Below, piece after piece: positions 39,342 through 50,502 of a DNA stretch of 64,000 nt. The stretch covers positions 12,462,001 through 12,526,000 of the forward strand of contig CM106585.1 of NCBI GenBank assembly GCA_048013815.1, in the 5' to 3' direction. This DNA comes from Setoptus koraiensis (taxonomy: Eukaryota > Animalia > Arthropoda). The notes beneath the pieces were generated by a model. The model made no database searches. It saw only the letters and a program-made list of their open reading frames with translations, and was not told where the DNA came from. The translations under genes were made by a program, and so were the position numbers. The first letter of the stretch is position 1. Each line of letters starts with the position of its first letter.

Positions 39342-40292
39342 TTTGCTGGGGGGCGTTGAGGATTTCGCGCTTGGCGCTTGGCCGTTGTCGCCGGACACAA
39401 AAACACGGAGTTACAATTTCGCAGTTGCAGATTCTCGTCGATCGTTTGCTCTCGATAATGGTCGGCAATAATTAATAATTATTAATACTTGTTGAATCAC
39501 TCGTGCGTCCAAAGGCAATGCGTGCTCAAAGTGTCACAGTGTCAGCGAGTTACAATTAGCAACACTGAAGTGGGCAGCTCATAATCCTGATTGGTTAAAT
39601 ACTGAAATGCTGTTGTCGTTGTTGTCGTCGTTGTTGTCGTTGTTGCTGTCGTGGTTGTTTGATGAGCGATTCATCAATCAAACGCGATGTGAAATGTGAT
39701 GTGTTTGCAATTTTACTTTGTTGTTTTCGTTTCGGGCGAGCATGTATGATTTGTGTAATCCGATGAAGTGACTTGTGAGAGAGATAAACGCCGCTGCACA
39801 TTTGTTTACATGACTATAAACGATGACTCAACTGCGATGCTTATCAGCGCCGGCTAACAATAATTAACCATCTGCCATAGCCATCAGTAATGAGTCAGAC
39901 GAGAGAAACGATGATACGATTATTGCATTAGAATGACTTTATTGCATGAGTGTCGTACGAACACCATGGTGCAACAAATAGCATAACAATAGCAATGACA
40001 CAATTATAAGCGACCAACCATGAGATTCTCTAGCGAGCTGACACACAAATCAGCGCAACTCCAGACAAACAACAAACACTGCCAGTAGCTACCGTGAGTA
40101 GCTTGCCAGTGAATCATTTCAATCAGTGTACGATAATGTGACACAGTTGGCATTTCGCAGGCACGTATCGGCGCCACATTGCGGATATTGCCCAACCTGG
40201 TTCGACAGGCACCCTTTGCGCCGATTACTTATCAATTGTCGCAACGAAACTTTTTCACATTTTACGCAAGCTAACAAGTGGCAAGTGGGCCT

Positions 40293-40350
40293 CAAATTAG
40301 TGTGTCTAACAAGCCAAATTAGCGTGTCTACAAACCAAATTAGTGTTTAA
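40293..40350. repeat. Three copies of a 21-22-bp unit (CAAATTAG[T/C]GTGTCTA...)
   Basis: Copies start at 40293, 40315 and 40336. Confidence 0.7.
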
Positions 40351-40596
40351 GTGAGTGACCGTATGATAACAACAGCGACAGTAATTGTCAGTTTAATGCA
40401 ACAGTGTCCGCGCAACAAGCCCGCGCTCATGCAAACATTGGCCAGAGAGAAAGTCGCCAGAAAAGTGTGCAACATCCTGCAAAATCAATCACAGATTCAT
40501 TGATTGACTGATCACAACCGTGGCATTGAAAAAGGTGCCAATTCTTTGTTTATCTCGATTCTTTTTTTCACCTGGACACAAGCGAGCAGAGCGCCG

Positions 40597-42988
40597 TCAG
40601 TAGAATTGGTGCGACTTGTAGCCACTTATGAGGCTCAGCACACTTAAAAAGGCGCTTGCGGTGGCCGCCAACAAGACGGTCAGGTTTATGAGTACCACTG
40701 GCAGCTCAATGCGATGGTAGCAACTCGAATAGGAACTAGGCGACTCCGTGCAGTGACCGTACTCACTTCCGTCGGATCTAATTCCCACGCTTGGTTGCGG
40801 GCAGCACGATTTTGGATAGGAATTTTTGTCGGGCGACAAAACGAGCCATTCGTTTTTGTTGTCCAGACCGCAACACTCGAGTCTGCTCTGCAGATTGTCC
40901 CAAAATTGGGTGACATTCCTCTCAATATTCTTCGTAGAGTCTTGCCCTCCATCCCTGTGCGCTTCCTCCGAGGCTTGTGGTTGGGGTTGTTGTCCGCCCT
41001 CAGTGCCCACCGGAGACGGCGCGGTGGCGCCCCCACTCGAGTCACCATTGACCGGCCGTTGGGGTTCAACAGCAGGGGGCGTGGTGTCCTCATTCGGACC
41101 ACCGCTGACCGGTCGTTCAGCCTGATTCGGCTTCTCCGGCGATTGCGGTTGTGATGGTTGTGACTGCTTCTGCCCTTGACCGTCAGCGGTGCCCCCCGCA
41201 GAAGGCGTGGCGGCCTCATTCGGATCAATGCTGACCGGCCGTTCAGCCTGATTCGGCTTCTCCGGCGATTGCGGTTGTGATGGTTGTGAGTGCTTCTGCC
41301 CTTGACCGTCAGCGGTGCCCCCCGCAGAAGGCGTGGCGGCCTCTTTCGCGTCAGCGGTGACCGACTGTTCAGGCTCCGCCGCAGAAGGCGTGGCGGCCTC
41401 ATTCGCATCAATGCTGACCGGCCGTTCAGCCTGATTCGCTTTCTCCGGCGATTGCGGTTGTGATGGTTGTGAGTGCTTCTGCCCTTGACCGTCAGCGGTG
41501 CCCCCCGCAGAAGGCGTGGCGGCCTCTTTCGCGTCAGCGGTGACCGACTGTTCAGGCTCCGCCGCAGAAGGCGTGGCGGCCTCATTCGGATCACCACTGA
41601 CCGGCCGTTCAGGCTCCGCCGCAGAAGGCGTGGCGGCCTCATTCGCATCAATGCTGACCGGCCGTTCAGCCTGATTCGGCTTCTCCGGCGATTGCGGTTG
41701 TGATGGTTGTGAGTGCTTCTGCCCTTGACCGTCAGCGGTGCCCCCCGCAGAAGGCGTGGCGGCCTCTTTCGCGTCAGCGGTGACCGACTGTTCAGGCTCC
41801 GCCGCAGAAGGCGTGGCGGCCTCATTCGCATCAATGGTGACCGACCGTTCAGCTTGATTCGGCCTCTCCAGAGATTGCGGTTGTGATGGTTGTGACTGCT
41901 TCTGCCCTTGACCGTCAGCGGTGCCCCCCGCAGGAGACGTGGCGGCCTCATTCGCCGGAGGAGGCTTGGTGTCTTGAACCGAATCACTGCCGGCCTGCCC
42001 TCGATCCCTTCTCGCCTGCTTCGGGGATCGCTGCTGCAGTTTCTGTGGAGATGTCTCCTGATTAGGATGTGGTGGTGGTGGTGGTGGCTGTGGTCCAGGA
42101 TGTGGTGGTGGTATCTTTGGAAGTACGGATCGTTGGATGTAACTGGCAAGCACCGCAGCGGGCTCCGTGGCGTCTTTGATTAGCGTGGAAAGTATGCCGC
42201 TATTTCTGGTCAGTCGGATGGTCAAGGTGGCCGGCGACTGCGACGACAACGACTCTTCTTTTGGGGCCTTCTGCTGTCTGTTCGCCGGATCGCTCGTGTG
42301 TGTGGGCCCGGCTCCTGGCAAATTGTCATAGTTAGTTGTGGATGATGCAGCTTTTGGCGTGCTTGTAGCATCACTAATGTGTGACCAATCGTACTTATCC
42401 ATGGCCCCGTCAAACTCATTGCCCGGCTTGATGGTATCTCTGACATTTGGCACGTAATAAACGACAAACAATAAACCCAGTATCATGTTGGCGATGCACA
42501 AGCCTGAAAGCTGCTCACACAAAGGTCAATCATACAAAGTTCAAGGTGTAATTGATTAGATATTGTCCGTAGTTACTAGCTTGGTGGCTTTTTGTAATTA
42601 GAGCGCGAACGCCCGAGGCATTCAGTGCTTAAACGTATAAATGACGAGTGCTTATAAATCCACTTACCAGTTTAATGAGGCCCCTCCGTTTATATATTGA
42701 GCCAGTGCAGCCAATCATGCTCAACAGTAGCAGATAGGCTGCGGTCAATAAGAGCCAAGTGGTGTAAAATCGGGGCCATTGATTGTGCTCGCCGAGAGTG
42801 GAAAAAACATCTCTAAAGCAGACGAGCAATCCTATTATCAGAATGGATATGAAGGCAAGTGACACACTGCCAACTAACAGGATGAGTCGACAGGATTCCC
42901 AAATAAACGAGATTATCCTTTCGAGAAACTGAACTATTCGAGAGAATAATCCATTTATTGAATCGATTATACCCTTGTTGCCTCGCAT
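40597..42988 (-). CDS. Divergent tetraspanin B with a ~480-aa repetitive insertion in EC2; join(42988..42668, 42510..40597), ~744 aa
   Basis: Exon 1 encodes TM1-TM2 (...LSMIGCTGSIYKRRGLIKL|gtaagt). Exon 2 encodes TM3, the insert, FWDNLQSRLECCGLDNKNEW...YPKSCC...C...SC and TM4. Same intron position and phase as tetraspanin A. The start codon could lie further upstream. Confidence 0.88.
41071..41928 (-). repeat. Coding higher-order minisatellite of 126-nt (A) and 57-nt (B) units in the order A-B-A-B'-B-A-B-A-A
   Basis: A = GGTADGQGQK[H/Q]SQPSQPQSPEKPNQAERPVSIDANEAATPSA (42 aa). B = AEPEQSVTADAKEAATPSA and B' = AEPERPVSGDPNEAATPSA (19 aa each). 5x126 + 4x57 = 858 nt. Confidence 0.95.
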
Positions 42989-45900
42989 TGAGCGGCCGAT
43001 CGCCTCCTTTGGGTCACTATCAAACAATTATAAGTTTGTTCTTGGCTTAAATTTAGAACGTTGGTGCTCATTTAGATTTTTAAAGTTGACTAATAATTGA
43101 GCGTTTTTGTCGTGGGCGCAATAAATTAGTGCATTCGATTAATTAATGCAATTTGTCATGATGCAAGCGGCCTATTAATACTGTGGTAAACAAGCCACGC
43201 GCTTAGACTCACAGGAACAAACACACATGCCCAACAATAACACTTGTTATTTGCTGATGTGAATACGATCAATGGGAAGACAGTGAAAAGATTAGCCACG
43301 ATGCTGGGGTGCGCGATCAAGGTCGAAGATACAAACAAACGAAGTGAATGACAAAACAAAAGTCGAAGATCTCAGCCAAGAGTGTAGAGAGGCGCCCATG
43401 AGAACGTTAGCAACCATTGAAGCAGCGATCCAATGAAGCAATCACTGGATAATTGGCCGTGTTCATGCTCGATTGCATTAAATGCATCACAACAATCGGT
43501 AGTGAGCACTAGATTAGATTGATCAGACCAAAAGATTACACACAACATAACAAGCTTCGTTGCAGTGTTTAATTAACTTTGTATGTGAGCTGACAATCTT
43601 GATGCCATGACACAACAACAAATTGGCAACAATAGTTAGTTAGTAGGCAATTGTTTATCTTGGTAGTGTTGGTTTGTTTTCTTTGTTTCCATTTCATTAT
43701 GCTCCAACATCCAATGCATTTGATGATGAAAGCTGTCGTTGCCAAGATCAAGATATCGCTTTGCGGTGCCAATCAGCCAGATAACACAATCTTCGGCAAT
43801 CAATGGCTTGCTACCGAATACCTGATTACAGTGCATAGCTAGACTTGTTGATTAATTAGACTGATAATCTATTGTGTCTCTTGTGTTTTGAATTGTTACG
43901 CAAATAACTGCTCGAAAATGCACAATTTTCCGATGAGTCGGTTTGCTCTTGAGAGCGAAAAAACTGTGGCAAATTTCGATTGCATTCCAATCAATTTTAG
44001 CGAGCCTTCTCTTGTTCGAAACAACGTCAAAACTATGGCCAATTATCGTCATCCTGTTATTGACCAGATATGGATGGAAGTGACGGGTGCTTTTGGGCCG
44101 ATTAATCCGATATTGGTAAGGGTGGCACGATGGGAGATTGCAACAAGCTTATTCCATGCAAATGCACTAGAGCTCGAGAACAATGGCCTGATAGTTGGGA
44201 GTCAGACGTGTCCAAGAAGCATCTTGTTGTCGATACTGTCGAGTGAGTCCAAAAGTCGGGCCACCGAAAAGAAGAGGCAACCACACCGAAGAGGCCCCCA
44301 AAGCCCGGAGCCAAAAGCCAAATGGCAAGCAACACTGCCAGCTATCAATGTCTCGGCATTCATTGGGCACAAACAACTAATTGGCCCGTCCGGTTTACTC
44401 TGGGGCCCAGCGTATGGGGGCAGAGTTTCGTCGCAACAATGCACTGGAGCAGCCAGAGAGCCGATAAGCTGATAAATCGATAAGTCTACACTCGACTTGA
44501 GCTATCACTTTGGCCTAAATTCGCCCCAGGTTAGCCCGGAATCGCTTAGTTTAGCCAGAGGTTTGTGTGTGCTTGCATCTAACGAGCACACATATCCATG
44601 GATGGCCATCCATTTGGAATGGGGCGCCATCTCAGGTACTTGCCTTTAGATGAGTCGATTTGCTTGGCTGGTTTCGGCGAGCCAAGCAAATCGACAAAGT
44701 TTCCAAGTTGACACTTGGGAGTGTCTTGCAAAAACAGTGTTTCTTTACGTTTGCACAATGGCCTCATGATGAGTGGCCAAGTTACCGGCTCGAGTCGACA
44801 CCGAACGATTCCTTATATCGGAGGCCGTTTCTCTTGTATCGCTCTTGTATTGGATTCGTTTTGCTGCCCAAGCTATGCGAAGCACATAACCGTTTTGGGT
44901 GCGGATTCCAATAAAATTATCTATGCATTAGAGAGGTACAAGCTTCGAAGGAGCCCCGAAAATTCCGCCTCGGCAGACAACAATGCATTTCGCGGAAATT
45001 GTTGAATTGGTTGGCTGGTCGGCATCAAAAAGTGTTGTAGTCGGGCGTCACTTCGATCACTAGCTAGCGTCTGACAGTGTATATTCCTAATTGGAAAAAT
45101 AACGTTGCTGCACGAAACAACGATTGCAGTCAAGTCAAGTGATTCTTCTTCTCCAATCGTCGCACGCATACATCATACTGATGGGCCGGTCCATCTATCA
45201 GCGGTGTATCTATGGTGGCGGGCTCAGTCGGCGGCCAACTATCGACAGACAACTCGCCTGAGACAAGTGGCCCATATCCTGTCGGATATGGGGCCAGCCA
45301 GTCGCTTGTAAATGGAATAGACGACGACGGCGGACATAATTCAATTTTGTTTGCGACCACGGGGTAGCATTGTATAAATTGTGTGAGACCGACTGCTACT
45401 CTGCACAAATGGGGCCCCGAAACCGCGCGCCTCGTAATAGAGTTATCAAAGTCTGCACTACTGGATGCACGATCTAAATGGTGGTCGGCCATTAAATTGC
45501 CGTTCGGGCCAACTTCCTTTGGATGGTCTCGCGGTCTAAACAATGGGCCCGCTTTTATTATCGTGGCCATCATCGTGCCATGGGCGGCAGGGTTGAAAAT
45601 GTAAACCAAAATTGTTATTTGGTTGTAATTGGACACTGACGCAACATGAACAACGAGGCACAGTGGCAAAGGGGGTACGATTGTGATTTGTGTGCGCCGA
45701 GAGGAAATAATCCAGCCCGACACAGAGAGTCAATAAATAGACGTGTCACCCGATTCAGCGACCAGGCCGAGCACGAGATCCGGTGATTATGAGCGGGCCC
45801 ACTGATAAAGTACAAAACTGAAGAACAATCTGGCCATTTATTATCTGTCTATCTAACGAGTGTCGGATAAAATGTTATCCATCTTTTTGGTTGCTCTATA

Positions 45901-48625
45901 TTAAATCACAGTCTATTTGTGGAGCGCAAGTAGCGACGCCGAGCTGGCTCGCGCTGGCCTCGGCCAGCTCCAATAGTGGCAATTCGGAGCAGCACCACTG
46001 CATTCGTTCCCAATTATCAACGGTTCGTCGTCGACAATTGCTTACTTATCAATTCTTCAATTATCCCTTGAAGGCTGCTGCTGTGGATGAGACAAACTCG
46101 CAAGTGATAACACACAATTGGGTGATGTGCTGGAAAACGGGATATTCACCTGAGAATATCGCCCCATCGGCGATTGCAACAAAGAATTTGTGCCTGAATT
46201 GGCTAAATTGTGAGCCATTCAATTGTGTGCCCTCTGGAGACCGTGCGGCTGGTCAGCAAAGTTGCACAAAATAGATCGTGTCACTCGACTGGCCAATGAC
46301 CAACAAGCAACGGCTGGCTGACAATGCCGAGACACACAATGCGACCATATCCGCTTTTGTCGCTTTTTATTGTGGCAACACACAGTTCAAGTGAGCTCAA
46401 CTCTGGGGCCCCATGAGGCGTGAGCCGAGTGTATTTGTGTGTGTGTTCGCTTCAGTTGACGCTCGCTGTTATCTCTGGCAAAACACTGAACACGAGGACT
46501 CGTATGTAAGGTTAAATATATAAATTTTATTTATTTTATTCACACACATACACATCCACGAATCTCAAGAATTACGTAATAACGACAGTCGTATGGCTGG
46601 CGATTCTCGAACAACACTTGTGAGTGTGTCATTAATAATCGCACGCTTTGAGCCGCCGAAAAGGGGGCCCGTTACGGTCGCTGTGGCCGACGGATAACTG
46701 GCTAAAAGCGTGTCTGCTCGAAGTGGCGAGACAGCAAGCTCAGTGTGGGGCTTCGATTGAGAGCGAGCTGGCCGGGTTATTACACGACAGAATGGGTATT
46801 ACTTACTCACAGTTGAATTGTTGGCTTGGGATACAATAAAAAGAATTCAATTGAACATTCAATTGAGGCTGGCTCGTTTTAAATTTCTTCTTTTCTATTT
46901 GCAGTTATACCATAACGGTATCGCTGGTACAAATCTATTGTTGCACCGCCATGGTAGCATCGTAGATAACTGCTGGCGGCAACGAGCGCGCCAGAAGTTT
47001 TTGTCACATGAGACGCGACGATGTGAAGGTTGCGGGCTGGCTGTTCCTTGCGGGGCCCCCTCGATGATCTGTCTGGGCCTGTGAGGCTGCCAAGCGACGC
47101 CGCTAATATTGATAATGGCACAGGCCCCGAACGACAGGTACCGACCCGACGAGCAAGTTGCGCTGCTCGCCGCCGCCGGGCCGCAGCAACAAACCGCAGC
47201 CACATTACAAACGCCGGCAAAAATCCAAATGCATTCGGTCTCATTTCCCCAAACAGAGCCGAGTTTTGAGCATCAATGTAATTTATTTGCTCTCCCCTCG
47301 TATGCCCTCTACTCGTATGCTTTCTCATGTAATCACGCCAGCCAAGCCAGCGGCATCTATCAAGATTGACGCGTTCGGGCGGGTGGGGGGGGGGCCGTCG
47401 CGCAAACGCGCCCATCATTAACTGGCCGCACGGCCAACCAGCAGCGCAAATGTGATTATGTAACGCGTTGCTCGCGCAACAAAACAATCCTACAAGCCCC
47501 AGTAGTTTAAAACTGTCCATGGATATATGGCCGGGCATTGGGCGACCGCCGGAACCGCTGCTGCCAGCACGCCAAGGCGAGCCCCCGAATGGTGGCCGTT
47601 TGGGGGGATTTGTGCGCGAGGCTTAATGGGCACGACATCATCGAGATGAGTTACTCTGTTTGTTGTTGGCCAGAGTTGGTTATAGTTGGAGTGTGTATGC
47701 TAACAAAAGATGTTCCGTTGTCCGAGCATCGACTCGCTCATCTGCATGTCGCTCCGGGGTTCGCATTTCGAACCCGGGCGAGGCCCCCCCGTCCGGAATT
47801 GCGCCAGAGAATCCCTGCTAGTTGGAACTTTGGCCCACAAGATCCGGGGCTGGTTTTCTAGCGGCCCCAGCGAACTCGCTTGCCATTAGTTGCAAGTGTG
47901 GGCCGTGCAGCCGTGAAGCGGGGGCGCCAGCTTGTCTGTGTTTCTACGGTCTGTCTGTTCGACACACAAATATCCTGTGCGCTCCTGGCGAATTTTCCAG
48001 CCCGCCAACACAATTCGCCCCCTGAGGCGGGTCCCTGGCAGTGGCTGCAGTTGAGGCCCAGCACACAAATTAAACGCTCATGATAATGTTGCAAGTCGCA
48101 GAGATCGTCGCTGTCGACATTTATCCGCGCGCGCGCGCGCCGGCAAACGAGGGCCCCCGACGGGCGCACAAAAAAGTTTGCACATCCAGCCCAACCGAAC
48201 AACGGATCATCAGGGGCCCCATTGAGCGCACGAAGCTAAAATGGAGACTTTGTTCGTCCGCGACATCGCCATTTCCAGCGGCATCGTTAGCTCGCGCACG
48301 TGAGAACGTTGCCATCGTTCTCGTCGACGGCACGAGAGGCTCGGCTGCTGTTTAGGGGGCCCGCTTTGCGCTCGACGGCAATAACGACATGCATTCTTCA
48401 TAATATCGCAATATCACACACAGAGCACACTGAATAGCAGCAGAAATCGCCAGACAGAAGAAATTCTCTGACGCTGGCAGAATCTCGTCAGCTCGCTGCT
48501 CAATAATGCCCAATATATATCATTCATACTATGAATTTAGCAGTTACAAATTGAACGTGCTCGTATTACGCAACAGACAATATCCACTCGGTTGGCCGCT
48601 GTTGAAGTTGCCAAGGGGGCCTCTT

Positions 48626-48674
48626 CTATGGGGCGCTTCTATGGGCGCTTCAATGGGCGCTTCTATGGGTGCCT
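48626..48674. repeat. Four copies of a 12-bp unit (CTATGGGCGCTT)
   Basis: Units start at 48626, 48639, 48651 and 48663. Confidence 0.8.
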
Positions 48675-50502
48675 GTGTCGGTGGCGCTGTGGGTGCCAGT
48701 GAGTGGCAGCGGTGCGTGCTACGTGATACTGTCATGATAAAAATTGCAATTCTCGCTGCTCTGGCTTCTCGTGCTTGCTGCGCCGCTCTCTCCTCGGAGT
48801 TGCCGGCGCCATCATTATTGCGTAATAGATCGAGCATATAGCACCAATTACATATTAGAGAACAAGTGGCACAATTGAGACAGATGGGGCCAAGACAGGC
48901 GAGCGCGTGTTCGCACGTGCTCCTGTCTTGCCACGTTGGAGACCCCATTCGAATACAGTGCACGGTCTACAGCCGAATGTATTGAGTGTTTGTTGCAAAA
49001 ATACAACCCCGGGCGCCCCAATACTGCTTGCCTGTGTCCAACTATCTCGAGGCCATTTCGATCTGTCCCTGCATTATAATTATACAATATCAATTCGAAG
49101 AAAGCCAACCAACAGCCGCAGCTAGCCACCCAATAGAGAGATAGAGAATGGGCAGGAATAAATTATAAACTGCATCGCTGTATCCAATCTATGCCTTTGT
49201 GAGCCAACCAGTTTGGGCTTGCCAAGTCGGGCCTAAATGAAATTACATAATCAAACTCTCTCGCGTGGGCGCCTACGTAATGCACACGACACATGTAAAT
49301 CGAAAGTAGTTTGCAATGATACATGCCGGATTTCGCCGGGTGGTGATATTCTCCGTTACAAAGTAGAATTGGCACTTGCATGTATGCACCAAGTACGAGC
49401 ACCAATGTTGGATATACTGTATATATCATATACACATCAAATGGTGTTCGATTAGATGGATGCGAAAAACAATAAATAACCGCGATTGCAACGATAAAAG
49501 CGAACTCAATTCAGCGTCGCATTCAGCTTAAATTGATAGCCACCGACTGACTGTAATGGCCAGAATGTGTCAATTCTGGCTCTAAATTCGTTACGAGCTC
49601 GCTCGCATGGGAAAAGCCTCGGAAATTTCCCTGATAGATTAAGGCACCCTATCCAGACCCAACATCTGAACCCGAATCATTTCATGTACAATAACTGGCG
49701 CCTCGTACTGAGCGAGTCGTATCCGCTCATGCTTGATGCCTAGTTAAGTTGTCTTTTTGGGCACCTCACGAACCTTGAATCAGGATGCGTCCAACCTGGA
49801 CGTGTTGCCAATGCGCCATCGTCGTGTCGCAAAAAATGAGACTTTCTAGAGCCCCCCCCCCCTTGACCTTGGTGTGTTAGCATTAGTTTGACGGCAGATA
49901 GGCCAGCATGCTGGCGGCCCATTTTGGCTAAGATAATCATCTAAATCGATGCAACCCTATGCTCGATGTCGACACTGTCGCTCATTTATTCTCGCGTGCA
50001 ACATCCACTCAGAGGGGCGCCTATCAGCATCTCAGGGGCCTTGTAGATGACGAACTGGCGAAATCTGAAATGAAACCACTTCCCAACTTGAGGGCCTCAA
50101 GTCTTCTCAGCGGCCGATGTCGGGACTGAAAAACAAAGAGCTCAGGGGCATAATTGAAATCATTGAATGTGCCTTCAGAATCTGATGATCAGATAAAATT
50201 CAGACGATTATTATTGAAATAGCCGAATGCCATAAGATTGCAGATAACTGTCACCGTGTTACCGTTATACAAGATATTGCATGAGATTAAGAGAGTATTA
50301 AGAGAAAAGAACAAGGCGAGGCTAGTGAAACATCCTGTTTATTAGTGACCCAATAATGACAAACAACGATCAATTGTCAATGGAGGCAATTGTGGTAGAA
50401 AAAATATAGTCGTCTATCGATAATATATGTACAACAATAATAGTAAGCTGCTCACACAAGAAATCGACCGATTTCAATGACAACACAGTTTTCCAGCATC
50501 CA

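Noticed and set aside
40686-42149. 487-aa Arg-rich ORF overlapping tetraspanin B in another frame
   Set aside because: It starts from a non-ATG codon and stays open because the GC-rich repeat units are multiples of 3. No domain signal.
37385-47538. ORFs of 194-222 aa at 37385-38053, 43888-44472, 45130-45723 and 46879-47538
   Set aside because: Mostly non-ATG starts, no recognisable motif or splice support, and GC-rich DNA makes such ORFs expected by chance.
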